A DNA stretch of 64,000 nucleotides, taken from contig NC_042998.1 in the NCBI RefSeq assembly GCF_006345805.1, positions 45,322,001-45,386,000 of the forward strand, written 5' to 3'. The notes under the pieces were generated by a model. That model was given only the letters and a program-made list of their open reading frames with translations. It made no database searches and was not told the origin of the DNA. The stretch is from Octopus sinensis (Eukaryota). Shown here piece by piece: positions 26,557 to 38,932 of the stretch (its first letter is position 1; every line of letters starts with the position of its first letter). A program made the position numbers and the translations under genes.

Positions 26557-26772
26557 CAAAGGGATGCTGAAAAGTTCCTGGCCTTAAGGATATCATGAAA
26601 GTCCTGGCTAGAGGTCTAAACCTCTGAGTTCTTTTACAGAGCTTAGAAAAACTGAAGGACTGCTGCAATATGTATATGAATCTTAGAGGGGAATATGTTG
26701 AATAAAATCATAATTAACTGATCCTCCTGTATTTTCTTTTACCCAAAGCCAGGAACTTCTCAGCAACCCATG
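26557..26772 (+). mobile_element. Mariner-derived MITE, copy 1
   Basis: TIRs GGGATGCTGAAAAGTTCCTGGC and GCCAGGAACTTCTCAGCAACCC, TA flank; interior encodes the transposase C-terminus LEKLKDCCN..NLRGEYVE*. Confidence 0.8.
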
Positions 26773-27000
26773 ATATACATATATATTTTAATATTTTATT
26801 TAAGCAAAGCGATATTAATAACCTGGTTTAAGAACTCAATACATATGTGATTCAGAGCATAATGAGGGATTACATAAATGACAAAGGAATAAGAAATTAC
26901 GAAGTTCATTGAATAATTTCTTGTTCCCTTGTCATTTATATAATCTTTTATACATATAGTCGAAGATGAATGGCTTAGTGGTTAGGTTATTCAACTCACG

Positions 27001-28135
27001 AGAAACTAGAAGTAGTTGATAGCTTCTGCTACCTATGCTACCAAGTCTGTAGTGGGGGGTGGATGCTCTAAGAGCATTGCAACTAGAATAAGAATAGCCT
27101 GGGCTATTCAATAAACTATCTCTGCTGGTCTCACTCAGACTGAAAGGTAGACTGTATGATGCATGTGTGTGAACAGCCATGCTATACGGCAGTGAAACAT
27201 GGGCCATGACTGTTGAGGACAAGCGTAGGTTTGAAAGAAATGAAGCTTGTATGATCCACTGGATGTGTAATGTCAGTGTGCACACATGACAGAGTGTAAG
27301 CGCCCTGAGAGAAGTGTTGGACATAAGAAGCATCAGATGTGGGGTACAAGAGAGACGACAGCACTAGTATGGTCATGTACTGCATATGGGTGAGGAAAAG
27401 TGTGTGAAGAAGTGTCACACTCTAACAGTGGAAGGAACCCATGAGAGGCAGACATGGGATGAGGTGGTGAAGCACGACCTTCAAACGTTGGGCCTCACAG
27501 AGGCAATAACAAGTGACCGAGACCTTTAGTGATTGAGAAGATCCGGCAAGTAAAGTGAGATCACAGCCATAGCCTATACCAGTGTTGCATAACCAGCTCA
27601 TTTAAAAGTACCTTTGAATCATCAGGTGATATGCTGCACTTGAGAAGACCTGTTGAGTCAAGTAAAATCAGAATCAATATCAAATCATAATGGTAATTGT
27701 AGCTGTGGCCGATACCAGTGCTGCCTGACTGGCACCCATGCTGGTGGCACATTATAAGCACTATTCAAGCATGAGTTAATGCCAGTTCCACCTGACTGGC
27801 TCACCGTGCCAGTGTCACATAAAAAGCAGCATCCGAATGTGGTCAATGCCAGTCGCCCCCTCCCTGACTGGCTCCTGTGCCGGTGACATGTAAAAAGCAC
27901 CATCCAAACATGGTCAATGCCAGTGCCACCTGACTGGCGCCTGTGCCAGTGGTACATAAAAAGCACCCACTACACTCAGAGTGGTTGGCATTAGGAAGGG
28001 CATCCAGCTGTAGAAACCTTGCCAGATCAGATTGGAGCCTGACACAGCCTACTAGCTTGTCAGTCCCCAATCAAACCGTCCAACCCATGCCAGTGTGGAA
28101 AAGGGACGCTAAATGATGATGATGATGATGATGAT
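27001..28135 (+). mobile_element. 5'-truncated RTE LINE copy (RT C-terminus, 3' UTR and (ATG)n tail) inserted into a SINE-C head
   Basis: Homologous to 46400-47590 in the opposite orientation (decayed EKLEVVDSF..., MLYGSETWA, TWDEVVKHDL); ends ggacgctaaatgatgatgatg. Confidence 0.9.
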
Positions 28136-28744
28136 TATAAGGTCATGAGTTCAATTCCTGGTGATGTGTTGTGTCCTTCAGCAAGACATTTTATTTCATG
28201 TTACTTCAGTCCACTCAGCTGGCAAAAATGAGTAGTATCTGTATTTCAAAGGACCAGCATTGTCACACTCTGTGTCACGCATATATATATATGATGGGCT
28301 TCCACACACACAGTTTCCATCTATTAAAATCACCCAAAAAGTATTGGTTTGATCTGAAGCTATAAGTAGAAGACACTTGCCCAAGGTGCTACGCAGTGGA
28401 ACTGAACCAAAAACCACACTGTTGCAAAGTGAACTTCTTAATCACGCAGCCATGCCTGCAGCTATAAATACTAAAAAAAATGAATAAATGCACCCTTTTT
28501 TTAAAGCCTAGCCAGCCTCATGGGCCCAGTTTCCCAGTTTCTATAGCATATGTGTTCCCCAGCTAGATGGGACGCCAGTCCATCACAGCATTACTCAGTT
28601 TTGCCAGCTGAGTGGACTGGAGCAACGTGAAATGAAGTGTTTTGCTCAAGAACATAACGCGTCGCCCAGTCCAGGAATCGAAACCACAATCTTACGATCA
28701 TGATGCTGACACCCTAACCACTAAGCCACGCACCTCCACATAAA

Positions 28745-29344
28745 TCATCATCATCATCATCATCATTTAGCGTCCGTTTTCCATGCTAGCATGGGTTGGA
28801 CGGTTCTACTGGGGTCTGTGAAGCCAGAAGGCTTCATCAGGCCCAGTCAAATCTGGCAGTGTTTCTACAGCTGGATGCCCTTCCTAACGCCAACCACTCC
28901 GTGAGTGTAGTGGGTGCTTTTTACGTGCCACCCGCACTGGTGCCAGACAGAGCTGGCAAACGGCCACGAACGGATGGTGCTTTTTATGTGCCACCGGCAC
29001 GAGGGCCAGGCGAGGCTGGCAACGGACACGAAACGGGGCGGTGCTGGCAACGGTCGCGAAACGGAAAGTTCTCTTACATGCCACCGGCACTGGTAACACA
29101 TCTGCAATTTCCATTGATCGATTTCCATTGATCGATTTCGATTCTGATCCTCACTTGCCTCAATGGGTCTTCACAAGCAGAGTTTCGACATGCCACCGGC
29201 ACTGGTAGCACATCCGCAATTTCCATTGATCGATTTCGATTCTGATCCTCACTTGCCTCAACACGTCTTCACAAGTAGAGTTTTGTGTCCCAAGAAGGGA
29301 AGGTATGCATACGTAGGCTGGCTCCATCCCATGTAGAAGGCCAC
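28745..29344 (-). mobile_element. RTE 3' UTR-only copy from a young subfamily
   Basis: Near-identical by eye to 46393-46990, with only a few differences. Confidence 0.9.
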
Positions 29345-30150
29345 ATACTAAAACATATACTAAAACATATACTAAAACATATACTAAAATTGTGTTCTTT
29401 CTGATTGAATCTTACAGAATACATTTTTAAATCTTTTTATATATATATATATAGTATCATACAAGAAGCAATGCTTTCCTTGCATACTTCCCTTTTAACA
29501 TGAAAATCAGTTATAAACTAAACCCAGATATACTGGAAAGTTAATCTTTCTCCTTGATCTGTTTTTTTCCTTTTTCTTTTTGTTTTATTGTTGTTTTATG
29601 GAAGTTGCTGAATGTTATTGCAAGGATATAGGTCTCTTCGTGTTACCGCATCTAAGCTAGATATTGTATCAATATTCATTGCTAAAATGATTTAATGCTA
29701 ACACAGAAAATATCAGAAAGAAGTATATATTGCACTATAACATGCTGTTTTCCTGTATATCCACAGCCTTTAAGAAAAAAATTGAATTACTCTGTGTAAA
29801 TGTAATATATCTTCAACACAAATCTGAAGTCATTCCTTCTAGTTTTGCACTCAGAAACCTGGACAGAGAGTGAATTGGATTATTTAGCTATTTCAGCAAC
29901 TGAGTTAAAAGCAAAATTGAATCTTATATCTTTTAGCTGTTTCAGTCTTTGTACTACGGTCATTCTGGGGCACTGCCTTGAAGTGCTTAGTCAAACAAAT
30001 TAACTCCAGTAATTTTTTTTTTTTTTTAAAGACTGATACTTATTCTCTCAGTTGCTTTTGCTGAATAGCTAAGTTACAGAGACTTAAACAAAGCAAAACC
30101 AGTTGTCAAGCAGTGGTGAAGGGCAAACACAATACACACATACAGTTTCC

Positions 30151-30381
30151 TATTTCTTTACTACCCACAAGGGGCTAAACACAGAGGAGACAAACAGGGA
30201 CAGACAGAGAGATTAAGTCGATTATATTGACCCCAGTGCATAACTGGTACTTAATTTATCAACCACGAAAGGATGAAAGGTAAAGTTGACCTCGGCGGAA
30301 TTTGAACTCAGAATGTAACGGCAGATGAAATACCACTAAGCATTACGCCCGGCGTGCTAACATTCTGCCAGCTCGCCACCT
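30151..30381 (-). mobile_element. SINE-B, young copy with tail type 2, inserted in the microsatellite hinge of a SINE-A
   Basis: Head GGTGGCGAGCTGGCAGAAT..TTAGCACGCCGGGCG, B-box GAGTTCAAATTCC, core GCCTTTCATCCTTTCGxGGTxGATAAATTAAGTACCAG, tail GCCCCTTGTGGGTAGTAAAGAAATA. A 5'-truncated copy lies at 38182-38328. Confidence 0.85.
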
Positions 30382-30570
30382 TAGAAGGCGTCTTTCAGTT
30401 TCCATCTACCAAATTCACTCACAGGGCTTTGGCCAGCCTGAGCTATAATGGAAAACACAATGCAGTGGGACTAAACCTAGGACCACATGCATGGGAAGCA
30501 AGTTTCTTACCACACAGCCACACTTGTAACTATGAGATTTTCAAAAATTTTTTTCTTCTTCTTCTTGCAG

Positions 30571-30653
30571 TCACCTCCCCTCAAAAGCTCCTGAAGAAGA
30601 AAGGAAACACAAACAAGAATATGAACAAATGGTGGAAGCTGCAAAAAAGAAAG
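30571..30653 (+). CDS. TBC1D14: Internal coding exon of a TBC1D12/TBC1D14-family Rab-GAP (coiled-coil region before the TBC domain)
   Basis: Polypyrimidine acceptor ttttcttcttcttcttgcag and donor AAG|gtatgg; 83 nt, phase 2 to phase 1. Translates (x)HLPSKAPEEERKHKQEYEQMVEAAKKK(E), matching from memory human TBC1D14 NLPAKPAEEAQKHRQQYEEMVVQAKKRE. TBC1D12 versus TBC1D14 orthology cannot be resolved here. Confidence 0.88.
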
Positions 30654-30904
30654 GTATGGATATGTGACATCTCTTTGAAGAATTATAAATCTAACTTTCT
30701 TTAAATTCTTTTATTCTTTCAGTGGTTTCAGTCATTGAAATGTGGCTATGCTGGAGCATCACCTTCATGGGTATAGTTGATATATTGATGTCAGTATTTA
30801 TTTTCAAGTCTGGTGCATATTCAGTGAATCACCTGGTCCTTAACATAACACCAGTACCTGGTCCTTGGATGGCTTTAGAAGAGTCCACTCTGTTTCAAGT
30901 ATTT

Positions 30905-31255
30905 CTGATCATTATCATCATCATCATCGTTTAACGTCCGCTTTCCATGGGTTGGACGATTTTGACTGAGGGCTGGCGAACCAGATGGCTGCACCAGGCT
31001 CCAGTCTTGATTTGGCAGAGTTTCTACAGCTGGATGCCCTTCCTAATGCCAACCACTCCGAGAGTGTAGTGGGTGCTTTTACGTGCCGCCAGCACAAGGG
31101 CCGGTCAGGCGGTACTGGCAATGACCTCGCTCGAATCCTTTTATACATGCCACCAGCACAGGTGCCAGAAGGCGATTTTGGTAACGATCACGCTCGAATG
31201 GTGCCCCTTTTACGTGCCCACTGGCACGGAAGCCAGTTGGCTGCTCTGGCAAGAA
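30905..31255 (-). mobile_element. RTE 3'-end fragment
   Basis: (ATC)n tail, RTE 3' terminus and GTGCCaccGGCAC-like repeats. Confidence 0.8.
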
Positions 31256-32869
31256 TAAATTCCTACCTTTATGCTACCTGTTTTGGAGCCCTTAAAAATG
31301 TCTTGGGTGCTTCTTTTCTTTCCTTTATCAAACCATAAAAAAACAAATATCAACAACTTGGATCAACATACTGTGAAATGGGGTGGGGGTGAATACAAAT
31401 AAAATATTTGAATTTAATTTATATAAATTATTGAGTGGACTTATATGCACTGCTGTCTTAGAGCATGAGCTCACTGGACATTACTCAAAGCCCTACAATT
31501 CTAGAGGCCCACTGTTTATCTATGTATACTACGATTGGCTATGTAGAGGCCCCAATGCATTTCTTTGCTGAGGAGGGAGTGCCTAGTGCTTTAGAGTTGG
31601 CTGTTCCTATAAGCTTAAAGATCTTAAGTTCAAATGCAATTCAGGAACTTTAATGTGTATTTGCTTAGTATAATTAATTCTTCTTTCCTTTGTTTACCTA
31701 AATGTTGGAATGTTGAGTTGGAACAGTGTCCTGTCCAATGAGAGATCTATCTCTTATCTACTTAATACTGTGAAACCATAGCTAAGCATTAGTCCTTCAA
31801 ATCATTATGGGATACGGGGGGGGGGAACAATTACCTGCTGTCAGTGGAAGATTAGAATATTTTAAAACAGACTATAAACATCCTCTTAATACTTTTGAGA
31901 ATTTGCCTCTCTGTCATTCACGTGTTTTTTCCTTTTTTTTTTTCATTCTTTACAAACAATTGCATTTACTTTTAATTTGCGCTGCTCATTTGATAGAGAT
32001 TACCTAGAGCATTTGTTGTGAAAAGAGAATTATAAGAAACAAATTATTACTTGTAGGTGTAAAAATGTTCTTAATTTAAAGTAAATCTTTTGTAAACAGA
32101 GTATCATGAAATAAATTCCAGTCAACAGCAGTTGTTTTGAGTGGTGGTTAAACTAGGATATAAATAAATACTAATTAAATTTGTTTCGATTGGAATAATA
32201 TCCTATAGATTTCTTCATTCCCTCAAATAAATTACAATACTTCAACATTAATTCCTCTGTACCATGCAGTATTGCCTGTCAGCTGAAAGTATTTGTTACA
32301 AAAATAGCACTTAGATTTTAAGATATGCTAAAATGAGCCTCTTTCTTCTTGCTAAAAATGTCAGCAGTATGCCATTTTTCTCAGAGTAAACTAGAATGTC
32401 AGGCACAGGGGTAATTTAAAAAATAAATAAATGAATAAAATATGACTAACAGTAAGGTTAATGCTATTGATGTTCTATTTGAATCGTTACTGGTTAGAGG
32501 TTGAATGGAAACACAGATGAGAAAGGAATTCAGGGGATGCTGCTCTGTTCTGGTGAAGAATTTAATATGTTAAGAAATTGTGAGTTATACAGAAGGTATT
32601 ATGGTAAAGAGAGTGACACACACACACACACATATCAAAAGACTTAGGTAAGTTAAGAGGAGCAGAAAGCATTGGAGTAAGTGTAAATAAAGAAAGCAGA
32701 TGGATTACAGAAGCTCTGCAGATGTGCTATTAGTGAACTGTATCATTGCTGTAAAACCAGAGAATATATCGCATCCAGAGGTGGAGTGTCTTAAGTAACA
32801 ATGAAAGAAATAACAAGCTTTCATTATAATTGTAGTTATAGAAACTTTAATAATTTTCTTGGATGGCAA

Positions 32870-33168
32870 GTACATCAAAATGAAAATCAAATGGAAATTG
32901 TAGTTGTGATACCCATGCCGGTGGCACGTAAAAAGCACCAACGGATCATGGTAGGTTGCCAGTCTCCTCTGGCTCCTGTGCCGGTGGCACATAAAAAACA
33001 ACCACTGCACTCACAGAGTGGTTGGCATTAGGAAAGGTATCCAGCTGTAGAAACCTTGCCAGATCAGACTGAAGCCTGATGCAGCCTCCTGACTTTGCAG
33101 ATCCCAGTTGAACTGTCCAACCCTTGCTAGCATGGAAAACGGACGTTAAGCGATGATGATGATGATAT
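32870..33168 (+). mobile_element. RTE 3'-end fragment
   Basis: Ends gcatggaaaacggacgttaagcgatgatgatgatg. Confidence 0.8.
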
Positions 33169-33553
33169 AGTGTGAAGGCGCATGGCTCAGTGGTTGGGGT
33201 GTTGCACTCACGATTGCAAGATGATGGGTTTGATTCCCAAACCGAGTGTTGCATTGTGTTCTTGAGCAAAGCACTTCATTTCACATTGCTCTGTGACTAT
33301 TTTGTCATCTGACATGTGGCATTCATTGCACCTGTCTAGGTAATGTTGTTTTGATGGAGCGAGTGACATTTGATCACTATAAACAAATCATCTGTGTGGT
33401 TGTTCGATAAGAAATTGTCAAACCCTCGTCAAACAACGGGAGAGTCCATTATATATATATATAAAGGGAAAGTTTACGAAAAAAACAAAAGACGAAGACA
33501 GGTGGTGTACAAAGCAGACAGATGTATTAGTATAACGCTCAGGAATAGAAAAA

Positions 33554-33594
33554 GTCTTTTGCGTTTCAAGCCTATGCTCTTCTACAGAAAGGTA
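33554..33594 (-). ncRNA. Minimal type I hammerhead-like motif with a variant core, inside a Penelope-type terminal repeat (about 33455-33655)
   Basis: Minus strand reads CTTT CTGTAGA A GAGC atag GCTT GAAA CG C A AAAG, giving stem I CUUU/AAAG, stem II GAGC/GCUU and a palindromic CG stem III. U16.1 is replaced by C in this copy. Confidence 0.5.
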
Positions 33595-34956
33595 CACAGA
33601 AAAAACAAGGAGAGAAAAAAAAATGTGTGTAGTGGCTAACGATCTATCATGGCATCTGTAAATATATATATATATATAAAATCATCATCATCATTTAATG
33701 TCTATGTGCCATGCTAAGGAGTATATATGTTTGTCATAATCACCATTTAGTGTCCATGACATGGGTTGTATTGTTTGACAGTAGCTGGCCAGCTGAAGAG
33801 CTGCCTGGGCTCCATGTCTGTTTTGGCATAGTTTCTACAGCTAGATGTCCTTCCTAATGCCAACCACTTTCCAGAATGTACTGGATGCTTTTACACAGCT
33901 CCAGCATGAACACTTTTACTTGGCATTGGCATGGGTGCTTTTTACATGGCACCAACACCCACAAGCCCACAAGATAAGGAATGCTCAGCTGGTGTGCGCT
34001 TTTGTGTTTGTCCCACGTACTTGACAACAAGTGCTGCTTTATTTACATGCCAGTAATTAGCAGTTCAGTAAAAGGTAGTGATAGAATAAATACCAGACTT
34101 TAAAAAAATAATTCCTGAGGCCAATTTGTTTGATTAAACACATCAAGGCCACACCACAGCATTGACACAGTCCAACGATTGAAACCAGTGAAAGATAAGA
34201 TTCAAAAGATCATAAAGGTTAAAGATTCAGTATTATATGTCTATAATATTCAGTGTCTATGTTTGTTTGTTGTTCTTTTTAATCAAAATTAATTAAATTC
34301 ATGGCTTGTTTCAGTATCTTTTTATAATTTAATATAAATAAACAAGTTGAATAACTGAATAATTTTTAGTTTTCTAGATTTCACCCTATTATTTATTGTT
34401 TAATAGTATGTATAGTATCTTTGTTTCTTTTTATAGACACACCATAACCACCGTGAATGTGTTTTTGATATTATTATCATTATTATTATTATTATTATTA
34501 AGTGGGTGAGCAGGCAGATTTGTTAGCATACTGGACAAAGTTCTTAGCAGCATTTCAGCCATCGCTACGTTCAGAGTTCAAATTCCACCAAGGTCGACTT
34601 TGCCTTTCATCCTTCCAGGGTCAATAAATTAAGTATCGGTTGCATACTGGGGTTGATCTAATCAACTGGCCCCTCCCCCAAAATTTCAGGCCTTGTGCCT
34701 ATAGTAGCAAGGATTATTATTATTATTAGGATGGCAAGTTGGTAGAATCGTTAGCACATTGGGCAAAATGCTTAACAGCATTTCTTCCAGTTCTTTATGT
34801 TCTCAGTTCAGTGCCTCTGAGGTCAACTTTGCCATTCATCTTTTCAAACTCAATAAAATAAAGTATCAGTTGGGGATTGATGTCAATGTAATTGACAAGC
34901 CTCTGCCACCCTCCAAAATTTCAAGCCTTGTGGCTATAGTATAAGGATTATTATTA

Positions 34957-35856
34957 AGTGAGAAAGCAGCACATACCATCCAAGTGACACTGGGCTACAA
35001 ATATACAAAGCCCAATATACCCATCAGTACACCTCTTTCTTTACGATCTTGGAATTAAATGGGCATGATGGGTCAATAAGTAAGCAACTTTGCTTTTCCT
35101 TATCTACAATCATTATATCTGGTCAATTATTTTCTAATTTCTTGCTCATTTGAATAGGAAAATCCCACAAAATTTTTACATTTCTCCAACTCCAGTACTC
35201 TTTGGACTCGATGATTGTACCATGTGTTTCCAGCTTCAAATCCCCATTTCTGGCACAGTTTTCAGTGTATAATCTGGTCGTGCTTCCATTTCTTATATTC
35301 TTCCTGTGCCAACTTGGGGCATTCTACCACAGTGTGTACCACTGTCTCATTCCAAGTTCCACAAGCTCTACATTTTTCTGATACATTCTCTCCATATATA
35401 TTTTTCCTCAAGTTGTTTGTTTTTATCACTTGATCTTCAGCTGCTACAATTAGGCCCTCTGTTTCTTTTTCTAATTGCCCCTTTTTTAACCAAGCCCAGG
35501 ATTCTGTTCTACATATGTCTTCAGTGGCTCTTCAAAATTGGCCATGCAGAAGTTTCTCTTCGATCTGTCTGACATGCTCTCTTTGTATTTCATTCTTGTC
35601 CTTTTTTCCTATTATGCACTTCATTACCTGTTCTTTATTAACTGTCTTTAGTAGATTTCCTGTGCTGCTCTGTAAATACTCTTTTCTTTCCATCTGTATG
35701 CACTCTTCTACTTCTGTTAAGCCTTTTCCACCCTGGTTTCTCCTCAAGTACAGCTGGTTGATATCAGCTTTCAGATGATGGGCTCCATGCATCGTCAACA
35801 ACTTCCTAGTTTTTCTGTCAAGTTTCTTATCATTTCTGGTCCAGTCTATAATTCCA
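34957..35856 (-). mobile_element. Dong/R4-clade non-LTR retrotransposon fragment (RT C-terminus, CCHC knuckle, decayed RLE region, 3' UTR)
   Basis: Minus-strand GIIDWTR..KLDRKTRKLLTMHGAHH..LYLRRNQGGKGL, LHGQF, SWAWLKKGQLEKETEGLIVAAEDQ and CRACG..ETVVH..VECPKLA, with stops and frameshifts. Flanked on both sides by (TAA)n. Confidence 0.85.
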
Positions 35857-35892
35857 ATTATTATTATTATTATTGTTATTATTATTATTAAT

Positions 35893-36250
35893 ATTACCTC
35901 CACCTTAGTGAAGGTGGAGGTATTGTTTTAGTCATGTTTGTTTGTCCATGGACAAAATATTTCAAGAATTTCTGGATGGACTCAGATGAAACTTTCAGGG
36001 ATGTTTGGCCTTGTGACTGGCACAAACTGATTAGATTTTGGAATTGATCTGGTACCAGACAAGGATTCTGGATTATTTTTCCGGTTTCTTTACTTAATTT
36101 TTGAGAGCAGTCAGGTTCAATCTTAATATTCTCATTTTGAATGCAGTCAAGTTTAATTCAGATATTCCCATTTTAAAGATCATCTCCGGCTAATCATTGA
36201 GAGGAGATTGGTGTTGCCTTGGCAGAGGTTTGCACTCTGAGTGCTCTTGT
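35893..36250 (+). mobile_element. Non-autonomous Helentron-type element (HINE/DINE-1-like)
   Basis: Perfect 12 bp 5' hairpin TACCTCCACCTT-agtg-AAGGTGGAGGTA, a short (GTTT)n tract, 3' subterminal inverted repeat GGCAGAGGT, 3' stem-loop GCACT-ctg-AGTGC, inserted in a T-rich site. Confidence 0.65.
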
Positions 36251-38932
36251 CATTGTCGGTGGCGGCAGCAGTGTCTTCTTCTTAAGAGTTATTGATCAGC
36301 AGAATTAGATATCCATTAGATATATGATGTTAGCCTTCAATAAAAGCAAAGCACAAATGAGTTGTGATAATGGCTAGAAACTAAAGGCATGGATCTGTAT
36401 TAGTATGAGACATGTCTATGCTGGTTGGACACATGATGTGAACAAATGATAAATGAGTGCTCTGTGAAAAAGACCATTATACTGTAAGTGAGGATATCTG
36501 TGACAAAAGAACACAAGAAGTACTGAAGAGGTCAGATCCAAGGTTAGTGGACCTTGCAGATAAAACAAAGAAAGGTCAAAATGTAGGATGATTTGCTGTA
36601 CTGCAAACACCTCCAACCTATGCCAGTTAAGAAAAAAAAAGACACTAAATAAGTAATGGTGATTTTAAGGAATTTTTTTCTTTAATAACCATGGAAGTTA
36701 ACAATATCTTCAAACCAGTCATTGTAGTTACTTTACGCAATAACAAGTCCTCACTTGTTTTTTTTGGGGTTTTTTTTTTTTCCAAACAAAATTGCTATTA
36801 AGTAACTTTGGTTTCTTCTGATGATGTGGCAAAAGAGTTTATTTTGTTTCAATTTGGTTGGGGTTTTTTTTATCTTTTATCTTTCCAATTAGCTCTGTTC
36901 TGTCTCCATTTCAAACAAAATCAAAAAAAAATAATAAAGGCATTATATAGATAAAGATAATTGATTTCGCTAACCTTACCCAAAATGATTGAGACCATAT
37001 TATGGACTTTTAAAACTAGAATTTCTATAATTGAATTGTTTGTTGCATCTTGCAACACAATTGTCAAAACTGTTGATGTGAAGTATAATGTAATTTAGAA
37101 AGACTTTCTAGTTTTATTTTTACTGTGAAGGTAGTGTGGTTCTTATATCTCTTTTACTTGTATTTAGATGTTATTGAACTCTTTCTTCTCTGGTAACTCA
37201 AATCATAGATATACATACTCTTTACAATTCTTTATTGTATGAACTTAACATGGCGCATGGCCTAGTGGTTAGGGTGTTGTATTCATGATCATGAGATCAT
37301 GGTTTCAATTCCTGGACTGGGCAGTGTATTGTGTTCTTGAGCAAAACACTTAGTTTCGCATTGCTCTGCAATCTCTTCAGAGTCTGACTTGCAGCATATA
37401 CTGCACCTATGCAGGCAATGTCATTTGATCACAATAAGCAAATCATCTGTGCAGGCTGTTCAGCCAGAAATTGCAGACCCTCCGTCTGTCAAATACAATA
37501 GAAGGGCATACAAATTTAACATAAGGCCTGCTTCTATTTAACGGTCCAAATTAACAAAACTTTACTAAGTTTGAAAAAGTATAAATCTAAAATAGTTTTC
37601 ATCTAACAATAACCATATTGGCATAATCTTCATTGACTATCTCAGTATCTTAATTAGAATACAATTTTTATCAAATAATACACTGTTCATCATAATTTTA
37701 TTTCCACATTTCATGCCAACATAGACTGGATGGGTTGCCTTGATTAGAATCAGCACATACCCAAAAGGTGCTGCTCATGTAGATTGGTCATGGGGCCTCA
37801 TTTTGCTTGCATTATGATTTTGGCCAGGTTTCTACAGTTGGATGCTTTTCCTAATGCCAACCACTTTACAAAGTGTACTAGGTATACGTTTTCCATGACA
37901 CCAGCAATAGATACATGTTGTGTCCGCCACAAGATAAAAGGTCCTACAACTGTGTACTTTTCAGAATGTACTGAGTGCATTCTTCATGACATTAGCACTA
38001 GAAAAGTAGCCATGGTGTTGACACAAGTAAAGAAACTTCACAGTCCCATGTCTCTGTGTATTCACCAGACTCTTTACACAGTGAAAGCATGAGTGACAGA
38101 GGCATGAATGACAGGGGTGGAGTGATAGGAATATTCAGTATTCTGAGGTAGGTGTGTATATTCAAGGCAATATGACTGAGACCGCCGAGGTCAACTTTGC
38201 CTTTCATCCTTTCGGGGTCGATAAATTAAGTACCAGTTACACACTGGGGTTGATGTAATCGATTTAATCCGTTTGTCTGTCCTTGTTGTCCCCTCTATGT
38301 TTAGCCCCTTGTGGACAATAAAGAAACAGATAGATAACAGTTGTGTTTGTAACCCAGAAGATGGAGCAATGGCAGAGGTCCAGGATGTGTGAGAGAAAAG
38401 GAATAAAGAGTATATTAACAAGCAACACCAGAGAGGATGATGATGATATAGTGGACATGTTGTAAGTGGCCCAATTTATCCACCTCCACATAGGCTACAA
38501 GATGGGCTGGAAAGGGTCGAGTAATGGAGGTGGTTGTATGGTAAACGGAAAGGAGTACAAGGAATGATGGGTGGAGGGTCAAAATAGGTACAGTGGCATC
38601 CCTAGTTATACTGACTGGAAGCAGTGTATGGCAAATGGAAGATCTATTGCTTCCTCAGTGATGCTGGAAGCATTGTACATTGAGAATTGAGAAGTGGAGG
38701 GAATGATTGAGATGTTATCAAGGGGCATGGTGAACAAAAGAATGCAATGTATGGTGAACATTAGAAGAGTAATAAAGACATGGGTGAAAGAAGACATTGT
38801 ATGACAAGCAGAAGACAAGTTGGAGAGAGACAGACAGACTGGGAGAGCAATATGTGGCAAGCAACACGGAAATCCATGTTTCAGTAAAGCTGTAGCAAAA
38901 TCAATTTAGAGGCTCAAGAATCAACAATTTAA

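Noticed and set aside
28485-28745. SINE-C adjacent to the young RTE tail both here and at 46098-46393, as a composite element
   Set aside because: Orientation and spacing differ between the two loci, so coincidence in a repeat-dense region is more likely.
28905-29280. CRISPR-like repeat-spacer pattern
   Set aside because: The repeats are short and degenerate, spacer lengths are irregular, there are no cas genes, and the array lies in an RTE 3' UTR of an animal genome.
38340-38900. Penelope-like ORF remnant (also 51340-51600)
   Set aside because: The resemblance is too faint to call without an alignment.
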